The position numbers were made by a program, and so were the translations under genes. A stretch of DNA of 64,000 nucleotides from positions 744,001 through 808,000 of the forward strand of contig MU058059.1 in the NCBI GenBank assembly GCA_013265495.1, in the 5' to 3' direction. Positions 12,917 through 24,412 of this stretch are shown here, one piece after another (within the stretch, counting starts at the first letter, position 1; each line of letters begins with the position of its first letter). This stretch comes from Vicugna vicugna. Lineage: Eukaryota. Under the pieces are notes generated by a model. That model did not search any database, had not been told where the DNA came from, and saw nothing but the letters and a program-made list of their open reading frames with translations.

Positions 12917-15409
12917 GCCACTTAAACACAACGTAGCTGATTCCAAGTGCCCATTTATACCATGAAATGCGCTATTAACTAGGCACATGCCAGGGCCACC
13001 TGACTGTGACACTTTGAGGTCTTGATTTCCCATCTGGAAACTGGAGAAGCTGCATGCAGTTTGCTCCAGTGCTGCTCTGGCTCCCAAATCCTATGATGCC
13101 ACCTGAGGTTGGTGCAGGGGGGCAGCCAACAGGAGCCCTGGAGGAAGATGTTACTGTCATTTCAGAATGTGGTCACCAGGTGACAGCATTGTGCTTCATT
13201 TTGACATCGTTCTCAAGGGCAGATTTTTGCCACCAAGTAACCACCCGTGTACCTATTATGAAAACAATTATCTTTCTCCTGGAGGCATCTGCTTAGCTCA
13301 GAATTACCCAAAATACAGACTGTACATAAGCCCGGGGCAAAGCAATGCAACCCCTCCCCACCCCTTCTTGATTATCTTTAAATAATTTGATCTTTCAAAT
13401 TTAAAAAGAACCCTTGAAAATAGTCATTCTGGGAAACAAGCTGACTTCCCAGCACTTATTTAACCTTTTAAAATCGATTTCGTCTGAATTTCCACGTGTT
13501 GGGTTGGCTACAGGACTGTTCACACTTCTTAGGGTCTTTAGAGGCCTTAGTCTGGCTTTGCTTTGGAGCCAACCAAGGGATTGATACACAGCATATATTT
13601 GCATCTTTTTCATATTCGTGAATGTTCTCTTCAGAACCATAATGCTTTTCTAGGAAGAAAGGTTGGCTTATTATTTCGATTCGGAGAGCTTTCTCAGCCT
13701 TATGGAGACAAAACTGTGAAAACACTTTTTACTCGACCTAGATTCTCAAACTGCTCTCTTAAAAGATCCAAGACTTTCCACTCACTACTAAACTTTCCTG
13801 AACACAGAGGAGAGATCACTTCTTTTGCTCAAACACCATATTTATTCTTTCTCTGTTTTCCAGACCCTGAAACTTCCAGGTCTGGGTGCTTTCCACATTA
13901 GAAATAAGGATTTCAGAGCCCTTCTCACTTGCATTATTTCAGCCTCGAGCCCTGGGCATGAAGATGGCTGTGGCCCCTGCAGCGTCCGCCCACCTGGTTC
14001 TTGTTGAGATTAGCAGGCGCTGCCCATGCACAGTGACCCAGGAGACACTGGACCCAAGATTAATGCTGCATAGAAATTCCCAGTACGAATGTCAGCCCTG
14101 AGCTGTGAGACTCCTGTAATCAGAAGGGGGTAAAAGCTCGCAGGCATTTTCTCTCACTGCAAAGTGTTGAGTGGCCACACACCAGAAGGAACATACACAT
14201 AAGGGCACACGGAGGATCATTAAACAGGGAGAGGAAACTTCACTCCACCGATAAAGAGCCATTAGAGAACATGAACAATCTCAGATCTCACTTCAATGAG
14301 GGATTCCAGGGAAGAAAGAACATCAGAAAATTGTACAAAATCTATAGGGAAGCTATTTAAAGAAGGAACCGTCATTACAACTTACAGGTGTCAGTGGCAC
14401 ATCATCCCTGACATCCTGAAGCTTCCTTTGGATCCCAAATATGCACACTGCACTCTGGGAAAATCCATGTATTTGTTGCTGGGAGAGAAGGATGCTTGCC
14501 TTTTGAATTTCAAAATCCTCTGCAAGCTGCCCTCCATAGGACTGAGAAGGCAGGAGGCAAGCAAGGCCTCAAATTTCCGTGACCCCCACAGACCTCTTTG
14601 ACTCTGTCTTTGGCTTGACCTGACACACAGGATATATCTTCACGACCTAGCAGACCAGAGTTCAATTTATTATTATCTCTTCTCCTGGATTAAAGGTAAC
14701 ACAGCTGTTACTCCATTACCATGTTGCCTGATTTCCAAAATAGATACCAACTGTCACTCTCCCCTCCTTTTGGGAGAAAATGTCATCTGCCCACAACCTC
14801 GACATAATTAATGGTCATCTCAACATTAACCTGTTTCAGAAGACACCAGCCCCGACAGTCATAACCAGAGGACACACACTGACTTTATCAAGTAGGTCAT
14901 GCAGGCCCATAACACGATTCCTAGAGGGTTATCTGCAACCTGGACAGGCAGTGCCTACTATAAACTGTTTATGATGCTTAACTGCACGTCATCAGCCAGG
15001 ACTGACCTACGCAGAATCCCCCAGACTTCAAACTACACAGGGCTTTCATTCATCAAACTCATTCATTCATCAAACCTTCACTCAATGTCTAGCGCAGGTC
15101 TGGCGCCCTACTAGCGGTCAGAACAACGGCGTGACAAGCCCACTGTCCCCTCGCATGGAGGTTAGAGGCTGCCGTCAGGGGCAGGAAGGAAATATCCAGG
15201 ATGTCGTGTGAGCCCGGGTCCACAAGAAGGAAGAGAGATGGGAAGACGGGAGGGACACGCAGGAATCTGAATGGGCAGAAGTTGGCACTTGGACATAAAG
15301 CTGAGAAGAATGTGTCAAGAACAAGTCTAAAGTTTCTGGTCTAAGTTTATCTAACAAAAATGATAGCATAAAATATAACATATAGGTGGTGACACAAGTC
15401 ACCATGATT

Positions 15410-15779
15410 TTCTTTATTCTTTATATTTAAACTTTTTAAATTGAAGTCTAGTTGATTTACAATGTTGTGTTAGTTTTGGATGAACAGCAAAGGAGTTCAG
15501 TTATACATATATATGTGTATATACAGACACACACACACACACAGATATATATACATTCTTTTTCAGATTCTTTTCCATTATAGGTTTTTACAAGATACTG
15601 GCTGCAGTTCCCTGTGCTATACAGTAGGTCTTAGTTTCATTTTTATTTTATGTACAGTAGTATATATATATGTTAATTTCAAACTCCTAATTTATACCCC
15701 TCTTTCCCCTTTGGTAACCATAAGTTTTTTTTCTAAGTCTGTGAGTCTGTTTCTGGTTTGTAAACAAGTTCATTTGTAT
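15410..15779 (-). mobile_element. 5'-truncated L1 3' UTR with 17-bp TSD
   Basis: Reverse L1 3' UTR (attgaagtctagttgatttacaatgttgtgttag; ttcagattcttttccattatagg; ggtaaccataag). Flanked by the direct repeat cacaagtcaccatgatt at 15393-15409 and 15780-15796. Confidence 0.9.
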
Positions 15780-17093
15780 CACAAGTCACCATGATTGTTA
15801 AGATGCGTTTTAAGTCTGTTGGTAAACATAGAAATACAGCAGTGTTTACTCAGAATGTCAGGGAACTGACTGCTCCCAGGTTAGTATTTCCAATGTTTAG
15901 AAATCTTAACTTCAAAATAACACAATATTTTAGGAAGGCACTTTAGCCCATAGGGCAATGGTTCCAAAAACAAAAAGGTGGAGGGGGTGGGTGAGATGCA
16001 GAGTGTAGTAAGAATTAAGTAAAATTTATAAAGTCTATTGTTTAGTACAAATCATTGGAAAAATGTATTGAGTATCCAGAATCAGCTCATATCAGTTAAA
16101 ACTACTTGGTTTTATCTGCAAATGAACAAAAGCCATATACTATTCCAAGTACCACAAACACACTGAATACACCCAACATAATTTTGCACACAAAGAAATC
16201 CAAACTAACGTTATGTACTCACTGCATTTTAAAACAGAAAAAGCTGTGAAACGTGTTCGGAGATTTTGTGTTTCTGGACGTCTCTACTGACCCGTGGGTA
16301 GGAGTGTGGCAAAAACCACTCCCCATCAGAAGTGATCTTTGTTAAGATACATCAATTTCCTGCTTGCTCTAGCTTCATCCTTCCTTACAAATTCTGCTTG
16401 TCTATAGAACTGCATCTCTCTTGCTCTGCAGTAAATGACCTTTGTTCCATGTAATTTATAAGATTTTCATAATAGCAAACAACCTCTGACAGGGTCATTT
16501 TTCATGCGTCGGTTACAAAGCCCATCACGCCGTCTGGAGCGTGAGGCCGGGACCGCGGGGACACAGCCCCTCATTTCCTGGTGTGTTACACGTCGTGCCC
16601 TGAGGCGGACTCCTTCCATCACTGCAGCAGCGTGATTACAAAAGGGATGCTGGTCATGACAAAATTATTTCAGAACAGTCCCAGTGTTTGGATACCTCTG
16701 GTGTTTATCTTCCTAAAAAAATAAATGAACTTCTGTATAGCAGCATATTTATTTTATCGAGAGCACGTGAGCTCACCACGGAGAAACGCAACCTGTCCTC
16801 GAGGAGCACACGCTTTACCAGCACATGAAACAGCAGTAAGCGTTCCAGATGTACTCGGAGAGGCTGCAGAGCCTTTCGATTACGTGGGACCTCGGGCGAG
16901 CAGTCAGACCAGGACGCTGCCTCGGGTACTTCGATAGGGGCTAGTCGTGAATAAAAAGGGCAGAAAAATCCATCAAGAATAAAATGGGGGAGGCGGGGGG
17001 GAGGTGGTCCTAGTTTTCCCTCCCTAAATCTAAAAAAAAATCCAAGCCACTGAAGGATTGTTTAAAAGATTCCATCAAAAAGCATGGGTTATA

Positions 17094-17228
17094 GGGGGAG
17101 GATGTAGCTCAGTGGTAGAGTGCACGCTTAGCATGCCTCAGGTCCTGGGTTCAATCCCCAGTACCTCCATTACAAATAAATAAGGAGAATTCCCTCCCCC
17201 TCAAAAACAAATCAGAAAAAAAAACCCC
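17094..17228 (+). mobile_element. tRNA-derived SINE (camelid Vic-1-like)
   Basis: A-box tagctcagtgg, B-box ggttcaatccc, A-rich tail; imperfect TSD aaagcatgggtta / aaagcagtgggtta. Confidence 0.85.
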
Positions 17229-17242
17229 AAAGCAGTGGGTTA

Positions 17243-17549
17243 CAAAACAGAGACAGACTCACAGACATAGAAAACAAATTTGCGGCTACCAGGGGGAAAG
17301 GCTGGGGGGAGGGGTAAATTAGGAGTTTGGAATTTGCAGATACTAATCACTATATATAAAATAGATATACAACAAGGTCCTACTGTACAGCACAGGGAAC
17401 TGTCTTCAATGCCTTGTAATACCTATAATGAAGAATATGAGAGGGAACATACATATATTTCTATGTATAGCTGAAGCCCTGAGCTGTACACCAGAAATTA
17501 ACACAACACTGTAAACCTTGAAACTGAAGTACTTCAAGTAAAAAAAAAA
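17243..17549 (+). mobile_element. L1 3' UTR stub
   Basis: acagactcacagacatagaaaacaaa...ttgcagatactaa...cagcacagggaac...gctgtacaccagaaatt and an A tail; similar to 19730-20029. Confidence 0.85.
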
Positions 17550-17739
17550 GTTATTGTATTAAATATTAAAAAGATAAAATTTAAGGCACAAATATTGTTA
17601 TAAATACTTTTTAAAAAATTAATAGTATTACCCTTGAGTCTGTCCTGTACATTTGACCTTATTTAAGAAGCATATCTTCTTGTCCTAAATAAATCCAAAT
17701 GAATGATACCTTAAATATCCATACCAAAAAAAAAAAAAA

Positions 17740-17910
17740 GGAGGGTGATAATGATGTGTCCCAGAGTTCCATCAGTTGTAACAAATGCAGCAGTCTTGGT
17801 GGGGGATGTTGATAATGGGGGAGGCTGTGTGTGTCTGGAACACGCGCTATAATAGAAATCTCTGTATCTTCCTCTCAATTTTGCTGTGAACCTGAGTGCT
17901 CTAAAAATAG
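17740..17910 (+). mobile_element. Old L1 (L1MC-like) 3' end
   Basis: ttgtaacaaatg...ggggatgttgataatgggg...gaaatctctgtatcttcctctcaattttgctgtgaacct; similar to 50040-50350. Confidence 0.75.
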
Positions 17911-18434
17911 TTTTTGTTTTTTTCTTAAGTGGTTTCCTTTAACAATTGTTTCTCTCCGGCCCCGGGTCCCCAGCTTGCAGTGCTACCTGCCCCCCGTTGC
18001 TGTCTTTCTGGCTGGAGGCGGTGCCCTGACCCATCTTCTGCTCCATTTCCCTGAGCATCACAGGCAGCTCCGTGTGTTATCCTTACGGGAACTTGGCCTG
18101 CATTTCCGTCTTCCTCTGTGCTTTTTCTCCTGAAGAACAGTGGGTGGATTTGCAAGGAAGGCATTCTGTCTGTTTCATTTCACTCCGTGCAAATGGGCTC
18201 ACAGCTAGGCCAACACAAGCAGCTTTAATTGCTCTGAGTGGGTCCACACGGCGGGGGAGCAGGAGGGAGATGTCTCGGAGGAAGCAGCCAGCAGCAGCTC
18301 AAGCCCTTGGAGGGGTGGGGGTGGGGGCCTGGCCACCTGACCCACCCCGGAGGGTGCGCGCCGCGCCCAAGGGGCTGAGTGGCCAGCTTGCTGTGACTTG
18401 TTTGCCTGCCTGGACTCCAAAGAAGACAGCCCTC

Positions 18435-18905
18435 TGTAACCAAGCAGGACCCTGTGAGCCTTCCGAGTCACACCCCTCCCCACATCCTCTGCTGTGCTCC
18501 TCTCCGAAGTACTCAGATAATAGTATTTCATGTACATTTCCTGAGCTTGTCAGATGCTTAAAACCACCACCAAAGGGAAGAAATGAACTATCTGATGATC
18601 AAGAGCATGGCCCCAGACCTTCTGGCACCTAAGGGTTGATAGCGTTGACCCCCACCTTCCCTCAACATCAACCACTCAGAGAATTGTGCACGAGCTGATC
18701 ATGTACCTACAACCCTCCTGCCTTACGTGGCCTTTAAATATGCTTTGCTGAAATGCTTCGAGGAGTTCGAGGTTTTCTTGGGCATGAGCCACCCCGTCCG
18801 TGCTCCTTGTGTAACCCTGCAATAAACCTTTCTCATCTCCAAATTCATGTTCCCATTTGTTTGGCCTCATGGTGCGGTGGGCATGCAAACTTGCCTTCAG
18901 TAACA
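18435..18905 (+). mobile_element. ERV1-type solo LTR, apparently full length (471 bp)
   Basis: TGtaac...gtaaCA termini, TATA-like tttaaata near 18734, AATAAA at 18821-18826; near-TSD cctc / cttc. Confidence 0.8.
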
Positions 18906-19186
18906 CTTCTGCCCAAGGAGTACGTCCTGTTCTGAAAATGGAATTGCATCACCAGCCGTGGCTGCTTTATTAATTTGCCCATCACAGACTGCCCTGTGTG
19001 ACACAGAGAAACAATTCACTTTGGCCTCTGTCCCAAAATAAATAGGATATTCAGCACCACGTTTATAAGAGTTTGGAGCCAATGAGTGGGAAAAATGCCC
19101 TGCCTGTGAAGAGACGATGTTGAAATTTTCAATCCCAGTCCAAGAAAGATTTACTGGCCACAGTTGGGAAGTTCATAGGGATGGTC

Positions 19187-19256
19187 GGGGTGCATAATAG
19201 CTCAGTGGTAGAGTGTGTGCTTGGCATGTGTGAGGTTCTGGGTTCAATCCCCAGTA
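19187..19256 (+). mobile_element. tRNA-derived SINE head (Vic-1-like) abutting an L1
   Basis: A-box tagctcagtgg and B-box ggttcaatccc; ends at ccccagta with no tail of its own. Confidence 0.8.
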
Positions 19257-20029
19257 TGATAAAATGCTAGAGATGGTGTGGAGAAAAGGGAACCCTCCTA
19301 CACTCTTGGTGGGAATGTAGGTTGGTGCAGCCATTATGGAAAACAGTATGGAGATTCCTCAAAAAACTAAAAATAGACTTACCATATGATCCAGCAATCC
19401 TACTCCTGGGCATATATCCAGAGGGAACCTTAATTCAGAAAGACATCTGCACCCCAATGTTCATAGCAGCACTATTTACAATAGCCAACACATGGAAACA
19501 ACCTAAACGTCCACCTACAGATGACTGGATAAAGAAGTTGTGGTATATTTATACAATGGAATACTACTCAGCCATTAAAAAGAGTAAAATAATACCATTT
19601 GCAGCAACATGGATGGACCTAGAGAATGTCATTCTAAGTGAAGTTAAGTCAGAAAGAGAAAGAAAAATACCATATGATATCACTTATATGTGGAATCTAA
19701 AAGAAAAAAAGACAAATGAACTTATTTACAAAACAGAAACAGACTCACAGACATCGAAAACAAACTTATGGTTACCAGGAGGGGAAGAGGGTAGGAAGGG
19801 ATAAACTAGGAGTTCGAGATTTGCAGATACTAACTAATATATATATATAAAATAGATAAACAGCACAGGGAACCATATTCAATACCTTATAGTAACCTAT
19901 GGTGAAGAAGAATATGAGAACGAATGTATGTAATGTTCCTATGTGACTGAAGCTTTGTGCTGTACACCAGAAACTGACACAACATTGTAAACTGATTATA
20001 CTTCAATAAAAATATATTAAAAAAAAAAA
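19257..20029 (+). mobile_element. 5'-truncated L1: ORF2 C-terminus, 3' UTR and polyA
   Basis: ORF 19322..19804 translates to the L1 ORF2p C-terminus ([65 protein letters not shown]). An apparent frameshift near 19645 makes it run into the 3' UTR. Confidence 0.95.
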
Positions 20030-22814
20030 GAAGTTTTCCTTGCAGAACATAGAAAACAGTTCACTCATGGATTGGCTGAGCTCTGAGATGCAGTTTTGGC
20101 ATGAAACTGTGCCTGCAGCCCCAAATGAGGAAACCCAAGGTCTAGGATTCAGCACTGGACAGCTCTTTTTGAAAGCTGTTATCTGCCAACACAGATCCTA
20201 CATTATAATCCTTATCAAGCTAGCGTCAGGATGAAGCTGGATACCACAAAAGAGCCACTAAACCAGACAGAGGCTGCAGTGCCCTGCAGAGGCAGTGATG
20301 CCTAGTGTCAAGAGTGGGTCGCCAGGGGTCTCACTGTGGTAGTGGACCCTTGCTGTTGGAGAGGACTTGGACACCACCTAGGGACTTTCAGAAATCCCTG
20401 AAGCAATTTTGCAGAAGTGGAGTCCATATGACTCCACTTGTGTGTGGTGTGTGTTGCAAGCCAGTAAAACATAGTTTTCATATCGTTTTGTTACTAAACC
20501 AAACTCAATTGAAACATTTGGAGGTAAATGGCTATTGAGGGTAGACTGTAAACTTAAGCACCGTGTTTTATGTATCGTATAATTCCCATGCGCTTATTCA
20601 CTCTTCAGAACACCAGTATCCACAGCAGCTGCACCTGAGCTAGCTGCACACGGATCAGCCTGTCATGAGGTTTCCTGTCTTCCCGGGTCCTAATACGGGA
20701 ATACCTAAGTAAAAAGTATCAGGTTTATTGTACCCAGAAATCCAGCTCTTGAGAATTGGTCCCTTGCTTGAAAGCTTAAACAGTCTCAAAGTCCTCACAG
20801 GTTTAAACACAACTGTGCAGGGCCCCACAGAGAAGAGTCTTTTTTTCCAAAGTGGTGACTCATCCTGTCTTCTGTGCCTAATTCAGCACAAATTTCACAA
20901 ACCAGAGCACACTTCTGCTTTTAATTCTGGCCTGGAGAAGGACAATGATTTGCAAACCACTTTAACCTCCCTAAGCAATAAGAACTTCAATACAGAGGAC
21001 ATTTTTGAGTCACCACTATTTCAAGTCTTCCCTCATGGCCATCCAAATTAGGTCACTGACGCTTACAATAACAGAAATGTTTGAAAATACCATTCAAGCA
21101 CGTTGCTACTGACGTACACATAAGCCCAATGTCTACCGCTATAATGTGCAAGATTCCTCTTTTTTCTTTCCTTCCTTCTTCCCTTCCTTTGGTCTTTCCT
21201 TCCTTCATCTCCCCATGCTCCCCACCTCTCTTACCTCAGCTCTTAAACCCCCTCTTAAACCTGCCCAGGACTACCACCAGAATAGGCAAGTGCATCAGCA
21301 CATGGTTCATCACTAAATCGAGAACAAAAATATCACCTAGATTATCTACCCACTGAAAGAGGTAGAATTCCAAAGGCTGGGAGGGGGAGCAGGTGACATT
21401 CTGCCTTCTGTTTTGGGAGGGTTGCCTCCCCGGTGTCCTCTAAGTGGGAGTTACAGAGGATCGCCCAAGACTTCACGTAGCAGGAAGTCGTGTCCTTGCA
21501 GAAAATAGCGTGAACGTCTGTGGGTCAGAAATCTTTGAGGAACACTTGACATTTTGGATCCTCGGGCAGTAGGTATCCTGCGAGGTTACTAAAATCTATC
21601 CAATTGTTTAGACTACACCTACAGAGTGCCAGTCATTCTATCAAATGTTGGGCAAATATGACAACTAAAAAGATACAGAGGTCCCTGCCCTGAAGACATG
21701 GAAAGCTCAATGACGGCAAAAAGTTCCAGACACAATTATCTGAATATTTTCAAATAGTGTGTTCTTGTGTTCAGGTGGCTACTTTTCTGCAAGCTCCTTT
21801 CCTCTCTATGCATGGACTTGCCTGAAGGAAACTAGTATTTCTAGATTTCTTCTTTTTCTTCCTCATGGGTTTCAAAATTGTAGAAGCTTATCAGGAAGGG
21901 TTTTCCAAGCCAGCCTTGAACCTGAAAGAGCCTACAGATCTACCAAAAGTCTCTCTGAGCTCCTGGACTAGTAAATTTCCAAAAAAAAATAGAATTTGGA
22001 ATTGACTTCCCTTTGGGTCCAAGGGCAGCCATCCTTCAAGGTGACACCATCAAAACCATTCAGCATAGGAGAGACCATGCCATGATGAAGACAATCGCCC
22101 TCCACACATCAGTGATTTACCCCAGTAAAGACGCGTTTCTCATGCAGGTAAAACCTGCAGCTGTAAAGACTGCACGACTTCTGTGGCTGTTGTTCTCTCA
22201 GCAGGAGGCCTTGGTTTTCCCTGCTCAGGAGGAGAGCTCTGGGGGTTCTGCAGGGATTTTCACCGTCCTAGCCCAGAAGAGAGCCCTACCGCTTCCACCC
22301 ACATTCCAGTGGCCGAAACACGTCTCTCTAACGGCTCCAACTAACTACAAAATGGCACAGACATCTCATCTACCGTGTGCCAGGGCTGAAAACAGCAGTG
22401 TGAGTCAAGGACCTGTACAATGGATGAAGGTGGGAAGGATGGAGTCAGTGGCTGGACCCTAAACAATCACTTCTCCCTGATGCCCCCTTTGTGACAAGAC
22501 CCAGGTAGGCCTTAAAGTCAAGACATCCTCTGCCTTTAGAAAAATGTATCAACCCAACCCATCCCAGTCCTCCCTGCCTCTTCCCACAGCAACTGGTCTT
22601 TGCTGGGATTGAGATTAGGATGAGGATGACCTGCATGACAAAACAATCTGCATTGGCAGAAGTTGGGGGAATAAAGTCAGGGTGGCAGGGCTGTGATGAT
22701 CAAACAGACTTCAGATGAAGGAGTAGAAATGTGTTTACTACACATTTATAAATAAGTATATTGGTATTCTTTTCTTTATACACATACATACATTTCTTTT
22801 TTTGTAAATACGTA

Positions 22815-22975
22815 TTATGTCCATGTTTTGTGTACATAGGAAGTCTGGAAGAGTATTCCAAAATGTGAATGATGGTTATTTCTGGTGGTTGACTGATTTG
22901 TGAACTTTTTTTACATTTTCCTTATCTGTATTTTCTAATTACTGTATCATAAACATGAATAACATATAAAAATGA
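22815..22975 (+). mobile_element. Old L1 (L1ME-like) 3' fragment
   Basis: aagtctggaagagtattccaaaatgtgaatgatggttatttctgg...tatctgtattttctaat. Confidence 0.55.
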
Positions 22976-23139
22976 ATCATGAATCATATCAGAAACCCCT
23001 TGCCTCAGTGTGGTCGGCAAGAGAGAGGAGTCTCAGCTGCATGGCCCGGGCAGGAGAGACACACACCGGGCGCATCTCAGCAGCAGGGATGGCTAAGGCC
23101 AGGGTCCTGTTGACTCATGTTGGAGGCAAAAGGACAAAT

Positions 23140-23315
23140 CAGTAATATCGATCTTGACTTTATTTGAAAATTTTGTTCATCATGGATTTTTGCATTAATT
23201 TTGATCTTGAAGCTATTTCATTAAAATATTTATTTTGATGACAGAGTTTTTGGCACCCTTTAAATTTCGGAGGCCAAGGCAATTATCTCCCTAGCCTCAC
23301 CCTAGTCCATCCTGG
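23140..23315. mobile_element. hAT MITE fragment (MER96-like)
   Basis: tttttggcaccctttaaatttcggaggccaaggc...gcctcaccctagtcc resembles the recalled MER96-family terminus. Confidence 0.55.
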
Positions 23316-23799
23316 GCCTCATCTGGGACAAGGGAGGGCAGTGTCTGGGACTGGTCAAGGACCAGAGAGACTCTGAGAAATGACCTCGCCAAGAAACACC
23401 CAAGGCCAGTTGTAATGGCAGTCATACGATGCACAGAGAACGGAAGACAACATCAGAGAACTCCAACATGGCACAGGAGGGGGTTGTCTGAGGTAGAGCA
23501 TATACATTCATTGAGTATTAAACAGCAGAGTGAGGACAGAACAGCCTCTTCAAGATGTAGGATTACCCTTGGGTGAATTTAATGATGTTCAAAGGATTTG
23601 AATGGACAAGCAGAGGATACCGGCAGAGTTGACAACATGGTGTTAAAGAAAACATAACGAAACGTCACATACAGTACAGAATGGGCTGAATGTTTTTAAA
23701 TGTATGTATCTTAAAACTGGAAGGATATGCCAAAAAAATGTGACTAGTGATTACCCTTGAGTGGTGTCATGATAAACATTATTTTCCTCTGCAGGTGTC

Positions 23800-24412
23800 T
23801 GGAGGAGCTACTGTCTCTCTACCTAGAACACACCCCGTTCCCCCTCTGTTGTATAGCATAGCCCCTCTCTCATGGTGACCATTCTCTGAGCTTTAGGTAG
23901 CCTGACCTCCTCATCCCTGAGAAGAGGAAGGCATGTGACCAGGCCCAGCCAAAGGACGCTGGTCAACGGCTGCCCACGGTGCTTAGTTCAGGGATGTGCA
24001 CAGGCTCTGAGCCTGGCCAACAGCACCTTCCCTGAAGCATCAGGAGAGAGGCTCTGTCTTCACTCCGGGTCACTATCAGTTGGTAAAGCCACTGCTAACC
24101 CAGAGCTGCCAGTGGGAACATCTCCCCTTGTTGGGGTGGTTTTGCCATCTCATTAAGACTGTCTTCTGACATGAAGCCAGGACATAGGAAAAGCAGAAAC
24201 AAAATAGAGAAAAAGAAAGAAAGAGATTCTGTCAGGAAATGTGACCTCTAGAGAGAATATCACCACTAGATCCAGCATCACCATTAGATCAAAGTTTCCT
24301 GAAACTTCATCAGCCTCTTGACTTTCTATTTCTGTGAGCAACACGTCTCCTGTGTTCAGATTAGTCTGGATGGGTTTCTCTCATCTGATAACGAGAGATT
24401 TCTGACTAACAC
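23800..24412 (+). mobile_element. Old MaLR LTR (MLT1K/L-like)
   Basis: ggcatgtgaccaggcccagcca...gttcagggatgtgcac; 3' end ttgactttctatttctgtgagcaac...gggtttctctcatctgataacgagagatttctgactaacaCA. Confidence 0.7.

Noticed and set aside
19322..19804. 160-aa ORF as a host gene
   Set aside because: It is the C-terminus of L1 ORF2p in a 5'-truncated element.
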